A stretch of DNA of 64,000 nucleotides from Candidatus Aminicenantes bacterium (GTDB lineage: Bacteria; Acidobacteriota; Aminicenantia; S016-38): positions 8,984 to 72,983 of the forward strand of contig JALXBI010000009.1 of NCBI GenBank assembly GCA_026991555.1, in the 5' to 3' direction. Shown piece after piece: positions 1-8,335 of this stretch (the first letter of the stretch is position 1; every line of letters starts with the position of its first letter). The position numbers and the translations under genes were made by a program. Under the pieces are notes generated by a model, which saw nothing but the letters and a program-made list of their open reading frames with translations, made no database searches and had not been told where the DNA came from.

Positions 1-92
1 TTTTCAGAAATCTTTCCCCGGGAATTTATCACTTCAAAATAAGCATTTTCAGTGCGGAGAAGCTGAAAAGGGAGATAGAGCTTAACAGGGAC

Positions 93-1532
93 ATGGACCT
101 GAGCCTTCGGGTTCACCTTACTTCCCTTGACAGGGCCCTTATTTTTACCAGGGAGCTTTCCGACATTGCCTGGGGCACATGGATGATAATCCTTCTTGTG
201 GGCACAGGAATCATCCTCACCTTTGCCACCGGATGGGTTCAGATAAGAAAACTGGTCTCTGCCTTCAGGGAGGTTTTCCGGGGGGCCCTTCACCGGGGAT
301 ATCTTGGCAAGGAGGAAGGGGACATATCGCCCTTTGCTGCCCTTATGACGGCGCTTGCGGCCACGGTGGGAAACGGTAACATAGCCGGGGTTGCAACGGC
401 CATTGCCACTGGCGGGCCTGGGGCTCCCTTCTGGATGTGGGTCGCGGGGCTTTTCGGCATGGCCACCAAGTATGCGGAGGGTTTTCTTGGGGTGAAGTTC
501 AGGAAGAAAATGCCCACAGGAGAGATGGCTGGAGGTCCCATGTATTATGCCAGGTATGGGATAAAGTGGAAGCCTGCGGCGAAGTTCTTAGGGGCGCTCT
601 TTGCCATATCCGCCTCCATAACGGCCCTTCTGGGCACCGGCAACATGGCCCAGTCCAATTCCATGGCCCTTGCCTTCAAGACCCAGTTTGGAATACCTGC
701 CTGGATAACCGGGGCTGCCATAACTGCCATGGTTGGGATAGTGGTTATCGGTGGGATAAAGAAGATAGGGAGCGTCTCCGAGAAGCTTGTTCCTGCCATG
801 ATTGTCCTTTATGTTCTCGGTGGGACTGTGGTTATCCTGGTTAATTTCGCAAAAATTCCCCAGGCCTTTCTTCTCATATTTGAATCAGCCTTTTCCGTAA
901 AGGCTGTGGGAGGGGCCCTGGTGGGCACCACCGTTGCCCAGGCGATTTCCATAGGGGTAAGGCGTGGGGTTCTGTCCAACGAGAGCGGACTGGGTTCTGC
1001 CGCCATAGCCCAGGCGGCCTCCCGTTCCCCGGAGCCGGTTTACAACGGCCTTATAGCCATGACAGGCACCTTCATAGACACCATATTCGTAAACACCTTC
1101 ACCACCCTCACCATAATACTCTCGGGGGCCTATCTTTACACTGCGGCCTACGGTTCTTCCAAAGGCCTTACCTCCACTGCCCTTACCATAGCGGCCTTTG
1201 AATCGGCCATTCCCCATCCCTTCGGCGGTGCCATAATAGCCCTGGCGTCTTTTCTTTTCGGATATTCCACCCTGATTGCCTGGTGTTATTACGGGGAGAA
1301 GTCCTTTGAATACATAGCCGGGAGCCGGGTGGTTGTTCCCTACAGGCTGGTATTTATAAGCCTTACCTTCATAGGGGCCATTGTTCAGGGACCTTACCTG
1401 AACATAATCTGGTATACAGGTGACTCTGCCAATGCCCTTATGGCCCTTCCCAACCTTGTGGCCCTTCTATTTCTGGTAAATGTGGTGAGGAAGGAGACTG
1501 TGGATAAGTTATACAGAAGGAACCTCTGGTAA
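93..1532 (+). CDS. Alanine/glycine:cation symporter (AGCS family amino-acid carrier)
   Basis: 479-aa polytopic membrane protein. The N-terminal region and overall layout are typical of the sodium:alanine symporter family. The many antisense or out-of-frame ORFs inside it are spurious. Confidence 0.8.
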   Translation: MDLSLRVHLTSLDRALIFTRELSDIAWGTWMIILLVGTGIILTFATGWVQIRKLVSAFREVFRGALHRGYLGKEEGDISPFAALMTALAATVGNGNIAGVATAIATGGPGAPFWMWVAGLFGMATKYAEGFLGVKFRKKMPTGEMAGGPMYYARYGIKWKPAAKFLGALFAISASITALLGTGNMAQSNSMALAFKTQFGIPAWITGAAITAMVGIVVIGGIKKIGSVSEKLVPAMIVLYVLGGTVVILVNFAKIPQAFLLIFESAFSVKAVGGALVGTTVAQAISIGVRRGVLSNESGLGSAAIAQAASRSPEPVYNGLIAMTGTFIDTIFVNTFTTLTIILSGAYLYTAAYGSSKGLTSTALTIAAFESAIPHPFGGAIIALASFLFGYSTLIAWCYYGEKSFEYIAGSRVVVPYRLVFISLTFIGAIVQGPYLNIIWYTGDSANALMALPNLVALLFLVNVVRKETVDKLYRRNLW

Positions 1533-2405
1533 GACCACGAAGTTTTCCAGAACCCCAACCCTTTCGATTTCTATTCTTATTTGGTCACCTTCCTTGAGGA
1601 AAACCTGGGGTTTTCTGAAAAATCCTACCCCTGCCGGGGTTCCTGTGCAGATTATGTCTCCCGGGGAAAGGGTTATGTCCTTAGAAATGAAAGAAATAAT
1701 ATAATCCACGGGGAAGACCATTTTTGAAGTGGAAGAATCCTGCATGGGCTTTCCGTTCAGGTCCAGTTTTATGTGAAGGGAATGGGGGTCTTCCACCTGG
1801 TCTGCGGTGGTTATAAAGGGGCCCAGGGGGAGGAAGGTATCAAAGGTTTTTCCCCTCACCCATTGTCCGTCTCCGAACTGGCAGTCCCGAGCGCTTACAT
1901 CGTTGCCCGCGGTGTAGCCTAAAATGTGCTTGTAGGCTTCAGCGGGCTCAATCCCCTTCCCTCCCTTTCCTATAACCACCACAAGTTCCGCCTCGTAATC
2001 CACCATCTTGGAGCTTCTGGGAAGAATTATTTTTCCCCTGTGACCTACAAGAGCGTTCCTGTATTTGGCGAAAATAACCGGATTTTTCGGGGGTTCCTTT
2101 CCCTGTTCCTGGCAATGGTCTATATAGTTTCTTCCTAAGCAGATAATTTTCTCCGGGGAGGGCACAGGAGGGAGAAATTTAACATTTTCCTTTTTATAGA
2201 GAAGATCCTCGTCAGGCTCCTCCAGAATTTCCCATAGGCGGCGGAGGAAGGGAACAGTTCCCTCGGTTTTTATATATTTTTCAGCATCTGATGCAGGAAC
2301 GGAGATTCCCTGTCTTTGGGCAAAATCCAGAACATCCACCAGTTTGTCCTTCCAGGGAAATACCGGCCTTTTCCCCCTTTCAGTGAGTATTAAACCGAAC
2401 TTCAT
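1509..2405 (-). CDS. Fumarylacetoacetate hydrolase (FAH) family protein, 2-keto-4-pentenoate hydratase-like
   Basis: 298 aa. FAH-fold signature segments EAELVVVIGKGG and GTPAGVG. Converges on the AGCS gene with a 24-nt overlap. Confidence 0.75.
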   Translation of the reverse strand: MKFGLILTERGKRPVFPWKDKLVDVLDFAQRQGISVPASDAEKYIKTEGTVPFLRRLWEILEEPDEDLLYKKENVKFLPPVPSPEKIICLGRNYIDHCQEQGKEPPKNPVIFAKYRNALVGHRGKIILPRSSKMVDYEAELVVVIGKGGKGIEPAEAYKHILGYTAGNDVSARDCQFGDGQWVRGKTFDTFLPLGPFITTADQVEDPHSLHIKLDLNGKPMQDSSTSKMVFPVDYIISFISKDITLSPGDIICTGTPAGVGFFRKPQVFLKEGDQIRIEIERVGVLENFVVLPEVPSV

Positions 2406-3076
2406 TTTTCCTCCTTTTTACCTATATAAAGGACGACTATTCCCAGGGAGAGTTTAAAATAGTTTACCGAAAATCCTGCCCTTTCCATAAGCTCGATTAC
2501 CTGCTCCGGTTTAAGGAAATGCTCTATGGATCGGGACAGGTGAAGATAGGCTTCCCTTTTTCCGGTTATAAGTCCTCCCAGGAAAGGGACCAGTTTTTTG
2601 AGGTATAGCTTGTAAAAGGGGCGGAGAAACCAGGAGGGTTCCGGGGAAAATTCGAGTATAGCCAGTCTCCCACCTGGCCTGAGAATCCTGTAGGCTTCCC
2701 TAATCCCTAAGGAAGGGTCCTTCAGATTTCTCAGTCCAAATCCCATCACCGCTGCGTCAAAACTTTCCTCCCTGAGGGGAAGTCGGAGAGCATCCCCCAA
2801 TACAACTGGAAGGTTCTTGAGCCTTTTTCTTGCGATTTTCAGCATGGAATAACTCAAATCCAGGGCTAAGGGTTTTGCTCCGTATTTAAGGGCAATGGCA
2901 GAAAGGTCTCCGGTGCCAGCGCATATGTCCAGTATTCTCGTGTGCTTTTCAGGGGATATTTCCTTTATGGTTTTTGCCCTCCAGTGAAAATCAAGGCCCA
3001 GGCTGAGGAGGTGATTCAGCAGGTTATACCGTGGGGCTATGGAGGAGAAAAGTTCCACTATTCCCTTATTTTTCAT
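2402..3076 (-). CDS. ubiE: Demethylmenaquinone/ubiquinone C-methyltransferase (UbiE/MenG family, class I SAM MTase)
   Basis: 224 aa. SAM-binding motif ILDICAGTGDL and UbiE-like N-terminus (FSSIAPRYNLLNHLLSLG). 4-nt overlap with the FAH gene. Confidence 0.75.
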   Translation of the reverse strand: MKNKGIVELFSSIAPRYNLLNHLLSLGLDFHWRAKTIKEISPEKHTRILDICAGTGDLSAIALKYGAKPLALDLSYSMLKIARKRLKNLPVVLGDALRLPLREESFDAAVMGFGLRNLKDPSLGIREAYRILRPGGRLAILEFSPEPSWFLRPFYKLYLKKLVPFLGGLITGKREAYLHLSRSIEHFLKPEQVIELMERAGFSVNYFKLSLGIVVLYIGKKEEK

Positions 3077-3830
3077 CCCTGGCTACAAGATAAACGAGGG
3101 AATAAAGGAGAAGATTGAGAAGAAAATAGGGCAGTATTGTCCGGGTGGTCTGGAGGGAGAAATCATAGGCCCAGTGCAGGAAAGGGGGAATTATCACGGT
3201 GGCCAGAAACCATAAAAACCTGAGTCTGCCCCGCAATGTTTGATAGAAAAAGAGGGCCATGAGGGCGCTCAGGCTTAGATGTATGGGGAAGAGATTCCTG
3301 AGGGCGAAGGTGGAAAAGCCGAATTTGGTTCCGTAAAGGTAGTTTTCCAGGGACCCGAAAATAGCGCCCACCGAGGCGCCTGCCACTATGGAGTCCTTCC
3401 TGTTCCTGATTTTTCCCATAAGAAAAAGTATGAAAATACTTACAAACTTGAATCCCTCCTCCCTCAGCCCCACCTGAACGAATCTGAAGGCAAAGGGTTC
3501 CCTAACTACGACGAATTTGAGCAGGAAAGGCAGGGTTAAAAGGGTGAGAAGATATGCCGTTGGCCATAACCTCAGGGGAGCCTGGGGCTCAAGGATAATC
3601 ACCAGGGAGGTAAAGACTATAAGGGAAACTAAGCTGGAAGCCAGATGAAATTTTCCCGTGAAGGAATAAATCAAAGAATAATAAATCACAAATACGGAAA
3701 ACAGAGTAATGGTGGTTAGTATAAGATTCAACCTTTCAGGCCTTTCTATCTTCTCCCTTATAAGGAGAATGGCTGAATACTTAACCAGGAAATAACCTAT
3801 ACCTAAGGCCAGAGCGATTCTAAGGAGCAT
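3066..3830 (-). CDS. Polytopic membrane protein, possible PrsW-family intramembrane metalloprotease
   Basis: 254 aa with about 7 transmembrane segments. Contains E-E-x-x-K (LREEGFK), FGSLENY and H-x-x-x-D (LHWAYDF) motifs in the arrangement seen in PrsW proteases. This is a motif-level call only. Confidence 0.4.
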   Translation of the reverse strand: MLLRIALALGIGYFLVKYSAILLIREKIERPERLNLILTTITLFSVFVIYYSLIYSFTGKFHLASSLVSLIVFTSLVIILEPQAPLRLWPTAYLLTLLTLPFLLKFVVVREPFAFRFVQVGLREEGFKFVSIFILFLMGKIRNRKDSIVAGASVGAIFGSLENYLYGTKFGFSTFALRNLFPIHLSLSALMALFFYQTLRGRLRFLWFLATVIIPPFLHWAYDFSLQTTRTILPYFLLNLLLYSLVYLVARDEK

Positions 3831-4863
3831 TTTTTAACCTCTTGGCCAGGATTATGAACTCCTCGTATTTGGCCGGGTTTCTCCTGGCCATGGAAAGAAA
3901 CATGTTCAGATATCTGGTGTAATATTCCCTGAAACCCAAGGCACGATAGGTAATACCCAGGGCTAAGTAACATAGGGGGGCAGAGCATTTTTTTAAGGTG
4001 GTGGCAAAATCATTGGCCAGTTTCAGGTTGGAGGGAAAATTTTGGGCCAGGGAGGACAGGATATCAAACACCCATCTGGTCCTTAGATTTTCTTCCCTCT
4101 CCTTCCATAAAATGTAGAAGGCAGTGTATTTGAAGAGCGGATAGTAGAAGTCATAATTGAGCAACTCAAGGGAACGGGGAATATATTTCTCCATCTGGGC
4201 GAATCTGTTTTCCTCCCAGAGGAGTTTGAGAACATAGGTAAGGGGGTCAAAGGCCAGGGCAGGATACGGGGAAGCTAAGGAAAGGGAGGTTCTGGCGTAG
4301 ATAAGTGCCCTTTTTCTGTCTCCCTCCCTTTCCTTCAAGTTGGCCAGGGCCAGAAGTATTCTGCTTTTTACTTTAGGATTGCCGGTTCTTACCAGAAGTT
4401 CCCTGAGGATTTCTTCCCCCTTTTTGAAATTAAGCCCACCGAGGCTGTAGTAAAGCTGAATATCCTGAAGGGTTTCCCTTTCTTCGGAAGATAGGGGCTC
4501 CTGGCTCCAATCGTAACCCACAAGTTCCAGATAACCGGAATCAAAATAATAGGAAACCAGGAGTTTTTCAGGTTTTCCCCCTATAAAAGCTCCTCCTTTA
4601 AAAGAAGGAGGAAAGAAGGGTTTTTTCAGGGAAAAAAGGCCCATGAGTATAAGCAGGAAAAAAAGCACCAGGAAGCCCGGAAGCAGGGAATCCCTTGCTA
4701 TGCGTTTTGCCATTTCCTTCCGGGCCCTTTTCCTTTTCTCCCCTTCCATTTCCTCCAGAAAGGATCCAGAGGATTTCCCAGCCTTCAGGGCATCCAGGAG
4801 TTTTTCTAAAAGGTAAATTTCCCTCCTTTTCAGGTAAACGAGAATTCTCCTTTCCCTGTCCAT
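3820..4863 (-). CDS. Membrane-anchored TPR-like protein (hypothetical)
   Basis: 347 aa. Lys/Arg-rich cytoplasmic N-terminus, one transmembrane segment (LLPGFLVLFFLLILMGLFSL), then helical-repeat TPR-like sequence. No TonB C-terminal domain is recognisable. Confidence 0.4.
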   Translation of the reverse strand: MDRERRILVYLKRREIYLLEKLLDALKAGKSSGSFLEEMEGEKRKRARKEMAKRIARDSLLPGFLVLFFLLILMGLFSLKKPFFPPSFKGGAFIGGKPEKLLVSYYFDSGYLELVGYDWSQEPLSSEERETLQDIQLYYSLGGLNFKKGEEILRELLVRTGNPKVKSRILLALANLKEREGDRKRALIYARTSLSLASPYPALAFDPLTYVLKLLWEENRFAQMEKYIPRSLELLNYDFYYPLFKYTAFYILWKEREENLRTRWVFDILSSLAQNFPSNLKLANDFATTLKKCSAPLCYLALGITYRALGFREYYTRYLNMFLSMARRNPAKYEEFIILAKRLKNAP

Positions 4864-4866
4864 GGC

Positions 4867-5466
4867 TCAGAAGTTCACCACAGGAATGGTCCCCGCCAAC
4901 GAACATCCGTAAACGAAATACCAGCCCTTCTGGAGAAAGGAAACAGAAACCACGAAGTTTTCCTGCAGAGCCTCTTTCATTATGGAAGAGGCCAGGTTCA
5001 CGCCTTCGCTGTCCAGGATTATTATGAACATCCCCCATCTGGAAGGCTTCTTTACGTGCCAGAGCCTTTTTATCCTGGAGATTAAAAGATGGGGTTCCTT
5101 CCATGCGGGCTTTAAGACCTTATGCTTATCTGGGACAAAGCCCACGCAAAAAACATCCCCCTGGTCCCCATCCCTTACCGGTTCTATATCAACATTGATG
5201 AGGGAAACGGGAAACCCTTCAAGGAGTTTTTCCAGGTCCTTCTCCCTCAAAAATTCCGCGCCCTGGCCGGTCACGAAAACAGTTATTCTTTTTTGAATGT
5301 CCCGTTTGCCTATGTAAATGGGTAAATATTCCGTTTTTATGGCCCTTACCGTTTTCTTTTCGTGCCATGAAACCATCACCAGAAGGGAAAGGAGAACGAA
5401 GAATACCCCCACCATGGTAACAGAAAGATCAGCGAAGGGGGTAAAATCTGGTTCTATTCTGTCCAT
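4867..5466 (-). CDS. ExbD/TolR-like biopolymer transport protein (second paralogue)
   Basis: 199 aa. N-terminal FTPFADLSVTMVGVFFVLLSLLVMV matches the ExbD/TolR transmembrane signature (INVTPLVDVMLVLLIIF-like). A periplasmic domain follows. Confidence 0.45.
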   Translation of the reverse strand: MDRIEPDFTPFADLSVTMVGVFFVLLSLLVMVSWHEKKTVRAIKTEYLPIYIGKRDIQKRITVFVTGQGAEFLREKDLEKLLEGFPVSLINVDIEPVRDGDQGDVFCVGFVPDKHKVLKPAWKEPHLLISRIKRLWHVKKPSRWGMFIIILDSEGVNLASSIMKEALQENFVVSVSFLQKGWYFVYGCSLAGTIPVVNF

Positions 5467-5987
5467 AGCACACAGACCTTGCGATAAACCTTTTCTTCCA
5501 TGGGGATATAACTAAGGGGGAGAAAGCTATTAGAATTTTTAAGAAGTTGCCATACTTCCTTTTCAATGGTTTTTATCCACGTAAATCCCTGGGGAGGTAC
5601 CATAAAGACCACTCCGCATAACTCTTTTTTAGGCAGGTCTTTGCTGTTTATCCTTATACATTCCCGTATTTTCCTTTTTACCTCCTGCCTTGTTATGAGG
5701 GAAGGATGGCCCTGGGGGGATAAATACTTTACCCTTTCCGAAGAGTCCACTATAAAGACCATGGGCTTAAGGTTGAAAATGAAATCCCTTTTGGCCTTTA
5801 TGGTGGTTATTTTGCCCTTTTTTACCACAAAACTGTAGTATTCCCGGAGGAGTCTCTTGGCTTCCCGATAGTTTTCCTCCCTGGGCATGGAAGCAAAACC
5901 CCATATAAGAAACAGGAGAATCCCCGTGAAGGAGAACATCAGGTCCACTATGGATACCAGGTTAAAATTCCCGTTTTTCCAGCTCAT
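5454..5987 (-). CDS. ExbD/TolR family protein
   Basis: 177 aa. N-terminal NLVSIVDLMFSFTGILLFLI transmembrane signature, then a periplasmic domain. Overlaps both neighbouring genes. Confidence 0.5.
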   Translation of the reverse strand: MSWKNGNFNLVSIVDLMFSFTGILLFLIWGFASMPREENYREAKRLLREYYSFVVKKGKITTIKAKRDFIFNLKPMVFIVDSSERVKYLSPQGHPSLITRQEVKRKIRECIRINSKDLPKKELCGVVFMVPPQGFTWIKTIEKEVWQLLKNSNSFLPLSYIPMEEKVYRKVCVLWTE

Positions 5988-6834
5988 TTAGGAGGTTTTC
6001 CTTCTCCCTTTCTCCTAAGGAAAGGAGAAGAGCTTTGGATATAGTTGCCAGAATTTTTGCCCCCTCCTCCATCCTTGATATTATCCTTTCCATCCTTTCC
6101 TCAAGCTCCGAAAGATTAAGCCCCAGAGTAACTGATTTTTCCCCGGGGAATTCCAGGGAAGGAATTATTTTCTCCATTAAAAAACCCTGGAGCAGGGTTA
6201 CGGAGGAATTTACTTTTTTCCAGGCCAAGGAGTAGAGGAACATGAGAATAAGCACGAGAACCAACCCCAGAAATGTGGTATCAAAGGCCGTATAAAGCCC
6301 CTGACTTACCTGGGAAAAGGAACGAACAAAGGAAGATGTCCCTTCCCCGACCCGGAACCCTGCAATGGCCATGGTTACCCCCACCACGGTGCCTATAAAG
6401 CCCATAAGTGGCAGGGCCCATATAACCACCCTGGTCAAAACAAAACGGTCTTCCGCCCAATTCCTGAAGGAGCTGAAAAAAGATGATGTAAGGGCTACCA
6501 GTTCTTCCCGGTCCTTTGCATTTTCCGCAAACTTAAGGAAGGGGGAAAGAAGTAAATCAAGCATACCCCTCCTTTTTTTCTCCTTTAAACATTCAATGCT
6601 GGAGCACCTTACCAGATCCCCTGAGCGAAACAGATCCTGGAATTCCCTGTAGGTTAACCATAGATGAAAGATCCCCACCAGAAAAACCAGGAAAATTATC
6701 TTGGAGTAAATCTGACCTGCGAAAACCCTCAGCAGATAGGCACTGTCAGGAAGAAAGGGCAGAGGAAAGAGATAATAAAAAACCAGCCATACTACGGCAG
6801 AATAGAGCAAAATTTTGAAATTTTTTCCCTTCAT
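5962..6834 (-). CDS. MotA/TolQ/ExbB proton-channel family protein
   Basis: 290 aa. Conserved MotA/ExbB core (ALPLMGFIGTVVGVTMAIAGF, LYTAFDTTFLGLVLVLILMFLY) with a short coiled-coil C-terminal tail. Confidence 0.65.
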   Translation of the reverse strand: MKGKNFKILLYSAVVWLVFYYLFPLPFLPDSAYLLRVFAGQIYSKIIFLVFLVGIFHLWLTYREFQDLFRSGDLVRCSSIECLKEKKRRGMLDLLLSPFLKFAENAKDREELVALTSSFFSSFRNWAEDRFVLTRVVIWALPLMGFIGTVVGVTMAIAGFRVGEGTSSFVRSFSQVSQGLYTAFDTTFLGLVLVLILMFLYSLAWKKVNSSVTLLQGFLMEKIIPSLEFPGEKSVTLGLNLSELEERMERIISRMEEGAKILATISKALLLSLGEREKENLLNELEKREF

Positions 6835-6878
6835 CCCGGAAAGTTTACCAGAAATGAATAAGAGGATAAAATTCCCCT

Positions 6879-8327
6879 ATGCTTGCCTATTTTCTGGCTA
6901 TTTTTGCCAGCGCTGCCCTCTCCCTTTCATTTTCCTTCTTTACATGGCAATTTTCTCTCCTCGCCTTCCTTTCATATTCCCTGCTCTTTTCAGCAATGGC
7001 GAGGAAGAGGAATTTCCTGGTGGGATTTGTGGGGGGAATTTCCTTTTTCCTTCCCTCCCTTTACTGGATAGTTCCTACTCTGAAAAAATATGGGGGAGTT
7101 TCCTATTTTCTCGGCTCGGTGGCCCTGCTCTCCTTAGCTGCCTATCTTGCTCTTTATTTCGGACTTTTTTCCTGGTGCTTGAAATTTTTAAAGGGAAACT
7201 GGATTTATTTTTCCCCCTTCCTTTGGGTGGGCCTTGAAGTTTTAAGGGAAATATTATTTACCGGGTTTCCCTGGGGAAGCCTGGGTTATACCGTTTCGGC
7301 GGATTTGCCCTTCCTTCAGTGGGCCTCTTTGGGAGGGATATATATTCTCAGTTTTTTAATGGTGGGCTTTGCCCTGCTCCTTCAGAGAAGAAGGGTTCTT
7401 ATGGCATTTTTCCTCCTTCTCCTTTTTCATTTGATGGGTTTCCTTATGATAGGGCCCTATGTCAGGGGAAACATAAGGGTGGCGGTGCTTCAAAACCGGT
7501 GGGATTTTTCTCCCCCAATTACCCCGGTAAAAGCAAGGGAAGTGTTATCGGAATACGAAGACCTTGGCAACAGGGCAGCGGAAGAGGGCGTTGACCTTAT
7601 AGTTTTTCCCGAAACTACCGTTCCCTTTATCTATCTATCCGAACCCTACTGGCAGAATTATATAAAGGGCCTTTCCTCCCGCTGGAAGGCATGGCTGGTT
7701 TTCTCCGCCACATGGGTGGAAAAGGAGAAGTTCTACAATTCAGTTTTTTCCATATCCCCGGAGGGAGGGATGTGGAGATACGATAAAATTCACTTAGTCC
7801 CCTTCGGGGAATACAATCCCGTTCCTTTTCTCAAAAGAATTATCCCCAGGATTGCCATGGAGATAGGGGATTTTTCTCCGGGCAAAAATATTTCCCTTCT
7901 CCGTTTTCAGGATGAAAAATTCGCCTCTCCGGTTTGCTACGAGGCCATTTTTCCGGAGCTTGTGAGGGAAATGGTTGAAAAGGGAGCAGAATTCCTCGTC
8001 AATGTAACCAACGATGCCTGGTATGGCAGAACCTCCGCACCATGGCAACATTTTTATCAGGCAAGGTTGAGGGCAGTGGAAAATAGAAGATACCTCATCA
8101 GGGCAGCCTCCTCCGGTATAAGCGCAGTGGTGGACCCCTACGGAAGGATTCTTCAGCGGTCTCAAATATACAGGACCGAGTTTATAAAGGGGGCCATTTC
8201 CCCCAGAAGAAATTTCAGTTTTTACACTATCACCGGTAAATACCAGAGGATGTTTTATCCCACCTTTTCCCTTTTCCTCCTTGTTTTCCTTCTGGTCAAG
8301 GGAATTTTCAGGAGAAATCCTATATAA
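6879..8327 (+). CDS. lnt: Apolipoprotein N-acyltransferase
   Basis: 482 aa. Polytopic N-terminus plus a C-terminal CN-hydrolase domain (VCYEAIFPE, NVTNDAWYG). Confidence 0.85.
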   Translation: MLAYFLAIFASAALSLSFSFFTWQFSLLAFLSYSLLFSAMARKRNFLVGFVGGISFFLPSLYWIVPTLKKYGGVSYFLGSVALLSLAAYLALYFGLFSWCLKFLKGNWIYFSPFLWVGLEVLREILFTGFPWGSLGYTVSADLPFLQWASLGGIYILSFLMVGFALLLQRRRVLMAFFLLLLFHLMGFLMIGPYVRGNIRVAVLQNRWDFSPPITPVKAREVLSEYEDLGNRAAEEGVDLIVFPETTVPFIYLSEPYWQNYIKGLSSRWKAWLVFSATWVEKEKFYNSVFSISPEGGMWRYDKIHLVPFGEYNPVPFLKRIIPRIAMEIGDFSPGKNISLLRFQDEKFASPVCYEAIFPELVREMVEKGAEFLVNVTNDAWYGRTSAPWQHFYQARLRAVENRRYLIRAASSGISAVVDPYGRILQRSQIYRTEFIKGAISPRRNFSFYTITGKYQRMFYPTFSLFLLVFLLVKGIFRRNPI

Positions 8328-8335
8328 TTTAATCA

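Noticed and set aside
1-92. Glycine riboswitch upstream of the alanine/glycine:cation symporter gene
   Set aside because: Only 92 nt are available and no tandem aptamer consensus (GGAGAG...ACCGAAGGGGCAA-like) is visible. It cannot be supported.
179-1217. Five ORFs of 65-135 aa inside or antisense to the AGCS symporter gene (179-379, 290-541, 437-844, 809-1006, 885-1217)
   Set aside because: They overlap a well-supported long CDS and have Gly/Pro/Arg-rich, low-complexity translations typical of out-of-frame reads of GC-rich third-position coding DNA. The same judgement applies to similar internal ORFs throughout the table, for example 18812-19321 opposite prfA, 33901-34572 inside the membrane-protein gene, and 22339-22779 opposite hppA.
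3066-6834. Zorya-type anti-phage system, suggested by the MotA/MotB-like stator genes
   Set aside because: ZorA has a very long cytoplasmic tail (about 700 aa in total) and ZorB has a peptidoglycan-binding domain. Here the MotA homologue is 290 aa, the partners are ExbD/TolR-like, and no ZorC/ZorD-like nuclease or helicase genes follow.
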